A stretch of DNA of 64,000 nucleotides from an uncultured Thiothrix sp. (GCA_902595225.1 CACJPG010000001.1:71269-135268), one strand, 5' to 3'; counted from the stretch's first letter, positions 9,273 to 19,387 are shown. Numbers and translations: made by a program. Notes: generated by a model from the sequence alone, not told the origin.

Positions 9273-9367
9273 TATTTATAATAAAAATTTAAAAAAGGGC
9301 AAATATTATGGCAGTTTTCTTATTTCTTTTAGCTTTCACATGTATTTTAATAAGCAAAATATACTAA

Positions 9368-10108
9368 TTAAATCTTATCAGTGCCTTTTTTTACTAATGA
9401 AGAAATATAATTACTTATAAAATTTGGTAATGTTTGCAATCCCTTCATTATTAAATACATTGGCAATGGAAAAGTAATTTCAAATTTTTTTGAGAACATG
9501 CCTCTTTCGATGATATCAGCCGCTTTATTAGAGCTAATAATAAATGGCATAGGAAATTTATTTTTATCAGTTAAAGGAGTTTTCACAAAACCTGGTGTAA
9601 TTACTTTAACATCTATCTTATTTTTTAATTCGATGTGAAGAGATGATGCCAAATTATATAAAGCAGCTTTTGTCATAGAGTAGGGTTGACTATAAGGAAG
9701 TCCTTTATAAGCAACAAGACTTGAACATATTATTAGTTTTGATTTGTTCGCAGAATTAATCATAAAGCTTCTTGTAACATGTAAAATGTGCATGAATCCC
9801 ATAATATTCACATTAATTATATTCTCATAGTCAGAGTAATCATCTGGGCTATATGCAGCTGACATAAAAATTATATTTAAAGAATCTGGATTTGATTCAA
9901 CTATTTGTCGCGAAATACTTAGACATTGATCCTTATCCGATAGATCTAAAGGTAAAACCTCATGATCATTATTCAGCAAGTTATTTAGTTCGTTTAACTT
10001 GTCTTCACTTCTTGAAGACAGTATTAGTTTATAACCCTTATTATCAAGTTTTTTTGCAAGAGCTTTTCCGATACCAGAGCTCGAACCGATAATCCAATAT
10101 TTATCCAT
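9368..10108 (-). CDS. Short-chain dehydrogenase/reductase
   Basis: WIIGSSSGIG, YSMTK, PGFVKTPLT, FPMPF. Confidence 0.9.
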   Translation of the reverse strand: MDKYWIIGSSSGIGKALAKKLDNKGYKLILSSRSEDKLNELNNLLNNDHEVLPLDLSDKDQCLSISRQIVESNPDSLNIIFMSAAYSPDDYSDYENIINVNIMGFMHILHVTRSFMINSANKSKLIICSSLVAYKGLPYSQPYSMTKAALYNLASSLHIELKNKIDVKVITPGFVKTPLTDKNKFPMPFIISSNKAADIIERGMFSKKFEITFPLPMYLIMKGLQTLPNFISNYISSLVKKGTDKI

Positions 10109-10110
10109 AT

Positions 10111-11280
10111 TTAATCTTTTTGAAGTACAAATTGATAAACGTTAGTTCGCTTATTTATAAAGCCAGATGAGCAAGATGTCAGATAGTATTCCCATAATCT
10201 TAAAAACTTCTCATCAAAATTTAATTTTGAAATAGTTTCAATATTAGATTTAAAATTTTTATGCCAAATATCTAGCGTTTTTGAATACGAATCGCCAAAT
10301 GAGAATTTATCAATTACTTTAAAGCCATTATTTTTTGCATATTTCATAAAAATTTCTTGGGATGGCAACATGCCTCCAGGAAAAATAAATGTTCTTATTG
10401 CGTCAGTGCCTTTTTTATATGAATTAAATAATTTATCATCAATTGTAATAGTCTGAATGACAGCTTTGCCTTTATTAACAAGTAAAGAATTAATTTTTTC
10501 AAAAAAAGTATTCCAATATTCATAGCCTACTGCTTCAAACATTTCAATTGAAACTATGGACTCATATTTTTTGTTAATATTCCTATAATCATCGTATATT
10601 ATCTCAACATTTTTATTGCTCTTATGTAAATTTTTTGAATAATCAAATTGTTTTTTTGAGATTGTGATACTGTCTAGTTTTTCATAATGATTTTTAGAAA
10701 AATTTAAGAAACCGCCCCAACCAGTCCCTATCTCTAAAAGATCTTTATTATTGTTTGTATCTAAAATATCCCTTATTCTTTTGTATTTATTCATTTGTGC
10801 TGTATATAAATCTTGATTATCGTTTTCAAATAAAGCTGATGAATAAGTTAATGATTTATCGAGCCATATTTGATAAAAATCATTGCCAAGGTCATAGTGT
10901 GACTCAATATTCTTTTTGCTACCTGATAGTGTGTTCTTGTTAAAAAAATATTTTAAATTTGAAAAAAAACGAACTAAGGACTCACCAAAAAGAAGTTTTT
11001 TCAAATGGTCATCATTTATAATGACAAAGGTAAACAAGTTCTTTAGGTTCGATGATGACCAATTACCATTTTTATAATCAGAGGCAAAGCCAACATCTCC
11101 ATTTTTCATCATATTGCTAATTATTTTCCAATTTTTAATATGAATATCTGCAAAAACATCCGTTGTTTTTTTAATCTCGATAACATCATTATCAGGAGTA
11201 GTGATAGTAAGCGTACCTTTTTTACAATTTTTTAATAAAGATATAAAAATTTTAATTTTTAAATTATTCGCTGCTTTCAT
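10111..11280 (-). CDS. Cfa-family SAM-dependent fatty acyl methyltransferase (UfaM-like by context)
   Basis: NIESHYDLGNDFY, LLEIGTGWGG, VSIEMFEAVG, IFPGGMLPS. Confidence 0.9.
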   Translation of the reverse strand: MKAANNLKIKIFISLLKNCKKGTLTITTPDNDVIEIKKTTDVFADIHIKNWKIISNMMKNGDVGFASDYKNGNWSSSNLKNLFTFVIINDDHLKKLLFGESLVRFFSNLKYFFNKNTLSGSKKNIESHYDLGNDFYQIWLDKSLTYSSALFENDNQDLYTAQMNKYKRIRDILDTNNNKDLLEIGTGWGGFLNFSKNHYEKLDSITISKKQFDYSKNLHKSNKNVEIIYDDYRNINKKYESIVSIEMFEAVGYEYWNTFFEKINSLLVNKGKAVIQTITIDDKLFNSYKKGTDAIRTFIFPGGMLPSQEIFMKYAKNNGFKVIDKFSFGDSYSKTLDIWHKNFKSNIETISKLNFDEKFLRLWEYYLTSCSSGFINKRTNVYQFVLQKD

Positions 11281-11282
11281 AA

Positions 11283-12029
11283 TTAGGTAATTCTATTAAT
11301 ATTTTGTTTGGGTTTTTTATAAAACCTAACTTTTTTAAAAAATAATTTAGTAGCTTGGAAATGGATTAGCAGAATTACTCTAAATATTAAAAAAGATGAA
11401 CTAAAGAAATTATTCAATACCCACAAACTATTTTTAATCTTTAATTTCTCACCATTAATCGATGTAACTAAAATATTCTTTTCGTTGTTATCAAAATAAT
11501 CAATATCAAATCTAATAAAATCATCTTGATTATCAAATCTAATTTTATAATATCCTTCCCTCGGTAGGAAAGGGGATACGTGAAATAATTTCTCTATGTA
11601 ATAGTTTTGTTCAGATTTACGCAGTTCGTGATTAACAAATTTGATGTAGTAGTGATCTTCTGAAAACGTATTATTTACTTTCAATATAGTACATATATGC
11701 TTTTCATCTTTATTACAAAAAATAAAGGAAACAGGATTAAAGGCATAGCCTAGAACCCTAGGCATCGTTATTAACTCTATATTATTAATTTTACAATCTT
11801 GCTTTTTGTCATTAATAACTTCGGCACACCAATTAAGCAGGTTGCTATGGCCATTTGCATAGTCTTTCTCATAAACAGAAAAAATATTAAATTTGTTTAA
11901 CCCAAAAAACCTGGATTTTTCCTTTTCTTCAAAGGGAAATTTAATACTTATATAGTTGCAGCTGTATCTAAAGCTGTTGGCTTTTGGCCAGATCCTTTTA
12001 TGAAATACCAGTGCTTTTATTAATTTCAT
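11283..12029 (-). CDS. DUF1365 family protein (UfaO-like)
   Basis: HKRIWP, MPRVLGYAFNPVSF, VNNTFSE, KLFHVSPF, IHFQA. Confidence 0.88.
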   Translation of the reverse strand: MKLIKALVFHKRIWPKANSFRYSCNYISIKFPFEEKEKSRFFGLNKFNIFSVYEKDYANGHSNLLNWCAEVINDKKQDCKINNIELITMPRVLGYAFNPVSFIFCNKDEKHICTILKVNNTFSEDHYYIKFVNHELRKSEQNYYIEKLFHVSPFLPREGYYKIRFDNQDDFIRFDIDYFDNNEKNILVTSINGEKLKIKNSLWVLNNFFSSSFLIFRVILLIHFQATKLFFKKVRFYKKPKQNINRIT

Positions 12030-13282
12030 TTAATATCAATTGCTTTAAGTTTTTTAACGGCTTCTATTGAAGATAACACTCCATCTTCGTGGAATCCATA
12101 CTTATGATAAGCACCACAAAAAAAACTTAAATTTCTTCCTTGTAAAGCTGGAATTTTATTTTGAGCCTCTAAAGCTGCGTAATCAAAAATTGGATGTTCT
12201 AATTGGTGTGTATTGTAAATTTTATCTTTATTTATTTTTTCGCCAGGATTTAGTGAGACAAAAATAGGGTATTTTTTATCAATGTTTTGAAGCGAATTCA
12301 TCCAGTATGTGAGAATAGGGAGGTCTTTATCTGTTTTTTTGTAAATCCAGCTTGCCCAATACATCTTATTTTTAGGCATCACCGAGCTATCAGAGTGAAG
12401 AACTACACTATTTTTAGAGTATTTAACATCACGAAGCATATCTTTTTGTTCAATGTCTAAATTATTCCCTATTTTCAAGACCTCGTTAGAATGATTACTA
12501 AATATGACGTAATCATAGTCAGAAACTCCTTTTTTTGATGAAATTTTAATAGTTTCTCCTGATCTTTCTACACCCAGGACCTCGTTATTTAGTCTAATCT
12601 TAGCTTTTAATCGATTTTTTAATGCTTCTATATAAGATTTGCTTCCATTTTTAATAACATACCATTGAGGCTGATTTATTAAGCTTAAAAGGCCATGATT
12701 TTTCATAAATCTAATATAAGACAGGTATGGAAACTGAAGGATTTGACTTGGTGTACAGCTCCATATTGAGCTTCCCATTGGCACAATATAACTTTCTATA
12801 AAAAATTTGGAAAATTTATTTATTTTTAAGAAATCTGCTAAGCTTTGGTTATTGGTTTTATTAAGACTATTTAGAGTATTCTTTGATAAATTATTGAATC
12901 TATTGATATTATAAAGTAAATTATAATACTTAGGGTTTAATAATCTAGCTTTATTTGCGAAATAGCTATTAAAGTCCTTAAATTTTATTTCAGGATCTCC
13001 TGGTTTAGTGCTAGTAATCGCGAAAGACATATCACTTTGTTCAATATCTACATTTAAATCGCATATCATTTTGTAGAAATTAGGGTAGTTCTTTTTATTA
13101 AATACAATAAAGCCAGTATCAACATTAAAGTTTATAGAATCATTATAATTAATATTTAGTGTTCGAGTATGCCCACCAATGTAATTGTTTTTCTCATATA
13201 TTGTTAGATCATATGTTTTGTGTAATAAATATGCTGCATATAATCCAGAAATGCCAGATCCGACAATCGCTATTTTTTTCAT
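12026..13282 (-). CDS. FAD-dependent oxidoreductase, amine oxidase family (UfaD-like)
   Basis: IVGSGISG, IGGHTRT, VDTGFIVFN, TYWMNSLQ, YGFHEDG. Confidence 0.9.
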   Translation of the reverse strand: MKKIAIVGSGISGLYAAYLLHKTYDLTIYEKNNYIGGHTRTLNINYNDSINFNVDTGFIVFNKKNYPNFYKMICDLNVDIEQSDMSFAITSTKPGDPEIKFKDFNSYFANKARLLNPKYYNLLYNINRFNNLSKNTLNSLNKTNNQSLADFLKINKFSKFFIESYIVPMGSSIWSCTPSQILQFPYLSYIRFMKNHGLLSLINQPQWYVIKNGSKSYIEALKNRLKAKIRLNNEVLGVERSGETIKISSKKGVSDYDYVIFSNHSNEVLKIGNNLDIEQKDMLRDVKYSKNSVVLHSDSSVMPKNKMYWASWIYKKTDKDLPILTYWMNSLQNIDKKYPIFVSLNPGEKINKDKIYNTHQLEHPIFDYAALEAQNKIPALQGRNLSFFCGAYHKYGFHEDGVLSSIEAVKKLKAIDIK

Positions 13283-13293
13283 TTAATTATATA

Positions 13294-13321
13294 ACTTCGT
13301 ATAATCATTATTATGTTAAAT
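13294..13321 (+). other. dif: dif site (XerC/XerD chromosome dimer resolution site)
   Basis: ACTTCGTATAA-TCATTA-TTATGTTAAAT: 11-6-11 layout, XerD arm identical to E. coli dif, intergenic, near a switch in gene orientation. Confidence 0.9.
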
Positions 13322-13330
13322 TATATTAAG

Positions 13331-14110
13331 TTAACCATAAGTATTAGTTAAAGAGCCTATGCAATCAATAGATACTGTAACTTTTGAACCCTTCTCCATA
13401 GGACCTAATCCTTGAGATGTTCCAACACATACAATGTCTCCTGGATACAATGTCATGTTTTGGGAAAGATATAATATAATTTCTTCGGCTGAAAACATCA
13501 TGTCACTGGCTGGGTAGTCTTGCTTGATTTCATTATCATTGATTATAGTTTTGATAGTAAGATTCTTTGGGTCTATCCCAGTGCATATGTATGGCCCAAA
13601 GACTCCAAAATTGTCAAAACCTTTACACCTAGTCCATTGATCAAAATTAGGATCATTTTTAAGCAGGCCAAAAGCAGTTACATCATTAATACAGGTATAT
13701 CCAAAAATAGCTGATTTAGCCTCCATTGTACTATCAAGATCTTTGACCTGTTTTCCAACAACAATACCAAGCTCCCCTTCAAAGAAAACTTCGCCATCAT
13801 AATTTTTTGGGTGCTCAATATGATCGTTTGGACCAGCAAATGAGGTTGGCGATTTAAATATATATAAGGGCTTATCTGGGTAACTTAAACCTTTTTCATC
13901 AGCTAAAGCTTTATAGTTATTCCATAAAGCTATCATTTTTGAGGGCCTACATGGGCTTTGCAGGTCAATATCGGAGACACTTACCTTTTTTTCGGTTGCT
14001 TCAGGTGAATCAAATAAATCACCCTCATAAATAATAATATGACTATCGTCGTCATCAAGTTTCCCAAACTTTATATTGCCTTCGAATATAAATCTGGCCC
14101 ATTTATCCAT
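13331..14110 (-). CDS. Fumarylacetoacetate hydrolase family protein
   Basis: FEGELGIVVG, GYTCINDVTA, KGFDNFG, TLYPGD. Confidence 0.9.
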   Translation of the reverse strand: MDKWARFIFEGNIKFGKLDDDDSHIIIYEGDLFDSPEATEKKVSVSDIDLQSPCRPSKMIALWNNYKALADEKGLSYPDKPLYIFKSPTSFAGPNDHIEHPKNYDGEVFFEGELGIVVGKQVKDLDSTMEAKSAIFGYTCINDVTAFGLLKNDPNFDQWTRCKGFDNFGVFGPYICTGIDPKNLTIKTIINDNEIKQDYPASDMMFSAEEIILYLSQNMTLYPGDIVCVGTSQGLGPMEKGSKVTVSIDCIGSLTNTYG

Positions 14111-15087
14111 AGATCCTCCTTAAATAATAATTCTTCTAGCTTTTTTAAAGGGTATTTTTCAAAGTTTAGCTCGTGACACATAAATGCTCTAGTGTGTTTT
14201 GAGCCTATGTAGCCTTTAAATAAGCATGTTAAATGTTTTGTAAAATCAGTTATTTTTACGTCTTTTTTAAAGTTTTTATTTATATAATCGAAATACTGCT
14301 CAATCACCCGTTTCTTACCAACGACTTCTTCTGAATTAATTAAAATATCAATATCATTTAACAGAAATGGGTTCGCACAAATCGATCTACCAAGCATTAC
14401 TCCGTCAACATATTTTAGATGATTAAGTGCATCATTGGGACCATTTATTTCACCATTTAAAATTATTTTAAGATTTGGAAATAGTTTTTTTATCTCGTAC
14501 ACCCTTTCATAATTTATTTCTGGTATTGTCCTATTATGTTTTGGATTAATGCCTTTTTTCAATATTGCTATACGGGCATGAAGATGAAAAGTATTTACCC
14601 CTGAATTAGAAACTTTATCAATAAAATCTTTTAAATATATGATATCATTTAAATTATCAATACCCAATCTAGTTTTAACAGTAACAGGTAATGAAGAATT
14701 TTTGGTGATTTCGTTAACACACTTGGCAACAATGTCTGGTTGAGAAAATAGACATGCGCCAAAATTACCTGACTGCGCCCTCTTACTAGGACAGCCAACA
14801 TTCAAATTAATTTCATCGTAGCCATAAGATTCAACGATTTTTGCACATTCTGAAAGTTTTTTTGGGTCATCACCACCAAGTTGAAAGCCCACAGGGTTAT
14901 CTTGTTCATGAGTTAACTTGTCGTATTTCTTTGATTTATTATGAAGTATTGAATTTGATGCAACCATCTCTGTATATAGCATCGCATGTTTTGATATCAA
15001 TCTAAGAAAATATCTAAAATGCGCGTCCGTATGCCCCATCATGGGAGCTACACATAAGTTATACGAATTCTTGTTCATAATAGTCAT
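14071..15087 (-). CDS. dusA: tRNA-dihydrouridine(20/20a) synthase
   Basis: VAPMM, LYTEMV, EINLNVGCPS, FGACL, VKTRLGID, DGVMLGR. Confidence 0.9.
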   Translation of the reverse strand: MTIMNKNSYNLCVAPMMGHTDAHFRYFLRLISKHAMLYTEMVASNSILHNKSKKYDKLTHEQDNPVGFQLGGDDPKKLSECAKIVESYGYDEINLNVGCPSKRAQSGNFGACLFSQPDIVAKCVNEITKNSSLPVTVKTRLGIDNLNDIIYLKDFIDKVSNSGVNTFHLHARIAILKKGINPKHNRTIPEINYERVYEIKKLFPNLKIILNGEINGPNDALNHLKYVDGVMLGRSICANPFLLNDIDILINSEEVVGKKRVIEQYFDYINKNFKKDVKITDFTKHLTCLFKGYIGSKHTRAFMCHELNFEKYPLKKLEELLFKEDLWINGPDLYSKAI

Positions 15088-15136
15088 TATCTAATTAGTA
15101 GTTTATTATATATCTCTTTAAGGAAAAACATACATC

Positions 15137-16060
15137 ATGAATTCACCAGCTCTTTTAATAAATAATTTAACAAAGGTATATTCAAATGGTCATAAAGCTC
15201 TCCATGGAATTAATTTGGAAATACCTCATGGAGATTTCTTTGCATTGTTGGGGCCAAATGGTGCTGGTAAATCAACCACAATTGGTATTATAACATCACT
15301 TATAAAAAAGACAGAGGGTGATATAAAAATCTATGGAATTGATATAGATAAAAATTTTGTTAAAGCAAAAACATTTATAGGATTAGTTCCTCAAGAAATT
15401 AATTTTAATACCTTTGAACCAATAAGCGAAATACTCACTAACCAAGCTGGTTATTATGGTGTGCTAAGACATAAAGCAATACCAGAGTCTGAAAAGCTTT
15501 TAAAAAAACTTGGCCTTTGGGAAAAAAGAGATCAATTTTCACGGAAACTTTCTGGAGGAATGCAAAGAAGACTTATGGTAGCAAGAGCGCTCATACATAA
15601 GCCAAAACTTCTTATACTCGATGAGCCAACAGCCGGCGCAGATGTAGAAGTGCGAAGATTAATGTGGGATTATCTTAAGTTTCTAAACGAAAGTGGTACT
15701 ACAATAATTTTGACAACTCACTATTTAGAAGAAGCTGAAAATTTATGTAAAAATATTGCCATAATTGATGATGGAAAAATTCTTAGAAATACAAGTATGA
15801 GGAACTTTTTAAGCGAATTACAAAATGAAAACCTAATTCTATATACAGAAAATAAATTAGATAAAGATATCAATTTAAATGGAACCAATATTAGTATAAT
15901 TGACGAAAATACATGCGAGGTATCGTTATCTACTGATTCTAGCATTAATCAATTAATTGAAGAATTATCTAAACAAGGCATAAAAGTAAAATCATTAAAG
16001 AATAAAACAAGTAGACTTGAAGAATTATTTATAAGGATGGTAGATAAAAATGGAAAATAA
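15137..16060 (+). CDS. ABC-2 transporter ATP-binding protein (YadG-like)
   Basis: GPNGAGKST, LSGGMQRR, LILDEPT, TTHYLEEAE. Confidence 0.92.
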   Translation: MNSPALLINNLTKVYSNGHKALHGINLEIPHGDFFALLGPNGAGKSTTIGIITSLIKKTEGDIKIYGIDIDKNFVKAKTFIGLVPQEINFNTFEPISEILTNQAGYYGVLRHKAIPESEKLLKKLGLWEKRDQFSRKLSGGMQRRLMVARALIHKPKLLILDEPTAGADVEVRRLMWDYLKFLNESGTTIILTTHYLEEAENLCKNIAIIDDGKILRNTSMRNFLSELQNENLILYTENKLDKDINLNGTNISIIDENTCEVSLSTDSSINQLIEELSKQGIKVKSLKNKTSRLEELFIRMVDKNGK

Positions 16061-16829
16061 CTTAAGCTTGCAAAAAACAGCATATAGTACGATTGTAAGA
16101 AAAGAGGTTTTGAGATTTTCAAGGATTTGGAAACAGACTTTAATACCACCAGTTATTACTAATATTTTATATTTCATTATTTTTGGAAATTTAATTGGAG
16201 AGAGAATTGGAAAAATCGACTCATTTACCTATACCGATTTTATTTTCCCAGGTTTATTATTAATGTCAGTAATAACACACTCTTATACAAATACAGTATC
16301 ATCTTTATACATTTCTAAATATCATCGGTATATTGAAGAATTGCTAGTCTCCCCTATTCAAAATTACACTATACTCGCAGGCTTTATTACTGGCGGCGTT
16401 ATAAGAGGATTAGCTGTTGGTATTGTTGTTATATTAGCAGCTCAATTTTTTGTTAATTTTACAGTGCATAATATAATCCTAATGCTTATTGTAATTTTCT
16501 TATCCTCTACACTATTCTCAATGTGTGGTTTTTTAAATGGACTCTTTGCAAATGACTGGGATGATATAAATGTTATCCCTACATTTATAATGACTCCATT
16601 AACTTACCTAGGAGGAATATTTTTTTCTGTATCTATGCTTCCTGGTGTTTGGCAAGAAATTGCTTTAGCTAACCCAATTCTTTACTTGATAAATGCTTTA
16701 CGGTTTTCGATGCTTGGTATAACCGATGTAAGTATTATTTTTGCTTTTTTTATAATTTTAATTTTTAATATTTTTGTTGCTTCTCTATGTATGTATTTTT
16801 TAAGTATTGGAAAAGGATTAAGAACATAA
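16050..16829 (+). CDS. ABC-2 transporter permease (YadH-like)
   Basis: RIWKQTLIPP, IEELLVSP, TPLTYLGGIFFS; about 6 TM segments. Confidence 0.92.
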   Translation: MENNLSLQKTAYSTIVRKEVLRFSRIWKQTLIPPVITNILYFIIFGNLIGERIGKIDSFTYTDFIFPGLLLMSVITHSYTNTVSSLYISKYHRYIEELLVSPIQNYTILAGFITGGVIRGLAVGIVVILAAQFFVNFTVHNIILMLIVIFLSSTLFSMCGFLNGLFANDWDDINVIPTFIMTPLTYLGGIFFSVSMLPGVWQEIALANPILYLINALRFSMLGITDVSIIFAFFIILIFNIFVASLCMYFLSIGKGLRT

Positions 16830-16832
16830 TCT

Positions 16833-17411
16833 ATGAATAAAGAAGAAAAAATAATTGAAAGTATATGGGATGAGCTTGAGCTTAGTCTCACGGAAAGCGG
16901 TCATCCATTTCATATATTCTCAATAGCATCTATTAATAATGGGCAGCCAGATGCTAGGAATGTTGTGCTAAGAGGAGTGGAAAGAAAAAAAAATATGATA
17001 AATTTTCATACCGATAGTAGATCTAAAAAAGTATCTCAACTTGAGGAACAAGCAGATATATGCGCTTTATTTTATGATAAAAAAAAGAAAGTTCAGCTAA
17101 GAGTCTATGGAAAAACATCTTATGAAAAAGATATACAAAAAATTGAAAACAAATGGCAAAATTCGAAAAGAATGAGTAAATTATGTTATTTGAATAAATA
17201 TCCACCTGGGCAGAATATATCTAACCCTAAAGATTATTTATATGATGATATTGCGCTTGAGAATATTGATAAAGGATTGAGTAACTTTTCAATAGTAAAT
17301 ATTAATATAAAATCGATTGACTGGTTATTTTTGAATCATAAAGGCCACGAAAGAATGCTAATTGAACTTATAAAGAAAGACTCTTATGAATATAATTGGA
17401 TTGCACCGTAA
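16833..17411 (+). CDS. Pyridoxamine 5'-phosphate oxidase-like FMN-binding protein
   Basis: PDARNVVLR, FHTDSRSKK, QLRVYG, DWLFL..GHER. Confidence 0.85.
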   Translation: MNKEEKIIESIWDELELSLTESGHPFHIFSIASINNGQPDARNVVLRGVERKKNMINFHTDSRSKKVSQLEEQADICALFYDKKKKVQLRVYGKTSYEKDIQKIENKWQNSKRMSKLCYLNKYPPGQNISNPKDYLYDDIALENIDKGLSNFSIVNINIKSIDWLFLNHKGHERMLIELIKKDSYEYNWIAP

Positions 17412-17417
17412 CAATAT

Positions 17418-17975
17418 ATGAAAGAAATTGATAACATACTAACTAGAAACTCACCACTTCAGCTCTGTGAGCCTTATCCTAGCGATGAGCAGATGGATAT
17501 TATTTATAAAGCAGCGCTTAGAGCACCAGATCATGCTTGGTTAAGACCATCAAGGTTCTTACAGGTTACTGGTGATGGATTAGATAAGCTTTCTAAAATT
17601 TTTTATCAATACGCTAAAGAAAATATGGGTGATATTTCTGAAGACAAACTTATAAAGTACAAAAAAGCCCCATTCAGAGCGCCAATGATAATTATATTAA
17701 TTACAAATGTGACCAACCACCCTTCTGTTCCTGAACATGAGCAAATGTTTTCAACAGCAGCTGCAGCGCAAAATATTCTTCTAGCGCTCCATGCGTTCAA
17801 ATTTGGAGGTATTTGGAGAACAGGAAAATTTGCAATGAATAAAGATATAGAAAAGTCTTTAGGATTAGCAAGTAATCAGAAAATTTTAGGGTTTTTATAT
17901 GTTGGCACACCATGCGGAAAAGTAAAAAAGATACCAGAGATCAAAACCGACGATTTTGTTAGTAAACTTCAGTAA
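17418..17975 (+). CDS. Nitroreductase family protein (YdjA-like)
   Basis: AALRAPDHAWLRP, RAPMII, GGIWRTG, GFLYVGT. Confidence 0.9.
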   Translation: MKEIDNILTRNSPLQLCEPYPSDEQMDIIYKAALRAPDHAWLRPSRFLQVTGDGLDKLSKIFYQYAKENMGDISEDKLIKYKKAPFRAPMIIILITNVTNHPSVPEHEQMFSTAAAAQNILLALHAFKFGGIWRTGKFAMNKDIEKSLGLASNQKILGFLYVGTPCGKVKKIPEIKTDDFVSKLQ

Positions 17976-17978
17976 TAT

Positions 17979-18203
17979 CTAATACCACCACTTTTTGACC
18001 GACACGCCTCTTAATATCCATACAAATAAATAGACAGACAACCCTAAAATTGCCAATTTTCCGACCTGAGCAAGCTTATATTCGTCCATTTGTCCTGCAA
18101 TATTTGCCAGAGCAAAGATTGTAAGAAACAAAAATACAGTGAGCCAAGCCGTAGCAAGCCAAAAAAGTCCCTCAAGAATTGTTTCGATTGTATCTTTACT
18201 CAT
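17979..18203 (-). CDS. Small hypothetical membrane protein (2 TM)
   Basis: 74-aa ORF filling the gap; two hydrophobic stretches. Confidence 0.65.
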   Translation of the reverse strand: MSKDTIETILEGLFWLATAWLTVFLFLTIFALANIAGQMDEYKLAQVGKLAILGLSVYLFVWILRGVSVKKWWY

Positions 18204-18251
18204 ATCATTCTAATATCGTAATGTAATATATAAAAACAAAGGAGTCGATAA

Positions 18252-18461
18252 ATGTCTGATGAAATGTGTAAAAAGGATATAAGAGCCTTACTTAAAACTT
18301 TTGGAGTTTCTGCTGATGAAGCTATAGTTGGCCACATGGCTAAGAATCCTGGTGTCAAAACACTAAATTTAAAAGTTACTCTAGAGGACCTCACAAATTA
18401 TGGTGACGACAGTATAGAGAAATTAAATTTAGAAATTACAAAAGATATTCATTGTAATTAG
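18252..18461 (+). CDS. Small hypothetical protein, weakly DUF6494-like
   Basis: AGGAG RBS at 18240-18244; IRALLKTFGVSADEAI resembles the DUF6494 core LRKFLKxVGVTSQREI. Confidence 0.7.
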   Translation: MSDEMCKKDIRALLKTFGVSADEAIVGHMAKNPGVKTLNLKVTLEDLTNYGDDSIEKLNLEITKDIHCN

Positions 18462-18462
18462 C

Positions 18463-19344
18463 TTATTTTGTTACTTTTTTTAGAAATTCTAGCGTAATTT
18501 TTCTTACTTTAGGATCGTGCATTATTCCGTGCTTTTTAGATAAGATTGGGTCATCTTCTATCACGACTGACTTGCTAAATTTATTCTCATTAATAAACTG
18601 CCCGCAATCACCTCTCAGGTAATCAGCTTGAAACCAAGGATCGTATTTTGCAACTATTGAGAGAATTGGCTCATTAAATGGACTGTTTACTCCTCGATAC
18701 TCATCCCACCCTGCGTTACATGTCCACCCTTCAATGACTCTAGCGGTAACACTTGCGATTTTACTTTCTGGGTTATATCTTGCTGTTGTAATTCCACCCT
18801 CGCTATGACCTACTAAAAATACGTTATTTTTATCAACCCAATCAAGTTTCTTTGCTTGTGTAACTGCATGCTCAGCATCTATTAATCTGATTTTTAAAAC
18901 ACTTCTATATAAACCTCCTTTTGAAATAGTGGTATCGCATGATTGCGCATATTTTTTTCGCGCCATACTTGCTGGGGCAATTACTGCATAACCATTTTTC
19001 GCAAAGAAATCAATTCGTTTTGCACTCCCTGACCAAATTCCTGAACAGCCATGTAAATAAATAATTGTTTTATATTTTGTATTGTGTGTTTTATTCGAAT
19101 TTAAGAAATCTTTCATTTTGCCTCTAAATATTTCACCATTCGCTTTTGGTATCCTAACAAGGGCATTAAGCCATGGAAGACTAAGCTCTTTAGGATCGCG
19201 GAATTCGGACTCATTCATATCAATTTTTTGAGTAAAAGTTTTATTATAATTATTAAAATCAGAATAAAATTTACTGTAATAATCCTCAGAAAAAGCAGAA
19301 CTGCCAAAAAAGATTAATAATAAAAAAGTTATAATAATTTTCAT
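18463..19344 (-). CDS. Exported dienelactone-hydrolase-like alpha/beta hydrolase
   Basis: Signal peptide MKIIITFLLLIFFGSSAFS; YLHGCSG; nucleophile elbow GHSEGG. Confidence 0.8.
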   Translation of the reverse strand: MKIIITFLLLIFFGSSAFSEDYYSKFYSDFNNYNKTFTQKIDMNESEFRDPKELSLPWLNALVRIPKANGEIFRGKMKDFLNSNKTHNTKYKTIIYLHGCSGIWSGSAKRIDFFAKNGYAVIAPASMARKKYAQSCDTTISKGGLYRSVLKIRLIDAEHAVTQAKKLDWVDKNNVFLVGHSEGGITTARYNPESKIASVTARVIEGWTCNAGWDEYRGVNSPFNEPILSIVAKYDPWFQADYLRGDCGQFINENKFSKSVVIEDDPILSKKHGIMHDPKVRKITLEFLKKVTK

Positions 19345-19387
19345 AGTATAATCTTAATATTAAATAATAATTATGTATACTTAATTA

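Noticed and set aside
9308-9367. 19-aa hydrophobic ORF MAVFLFLLAFTCILISKIY
   Set aside because: Too short; hydrophobic codons are expected in T-rich DNA; no independent support
13291-13303. loxP site or cloning-vector contamination
   Set aside because: Only one loxP arm is present; the other half is a XerD arm and the flanks are native genes
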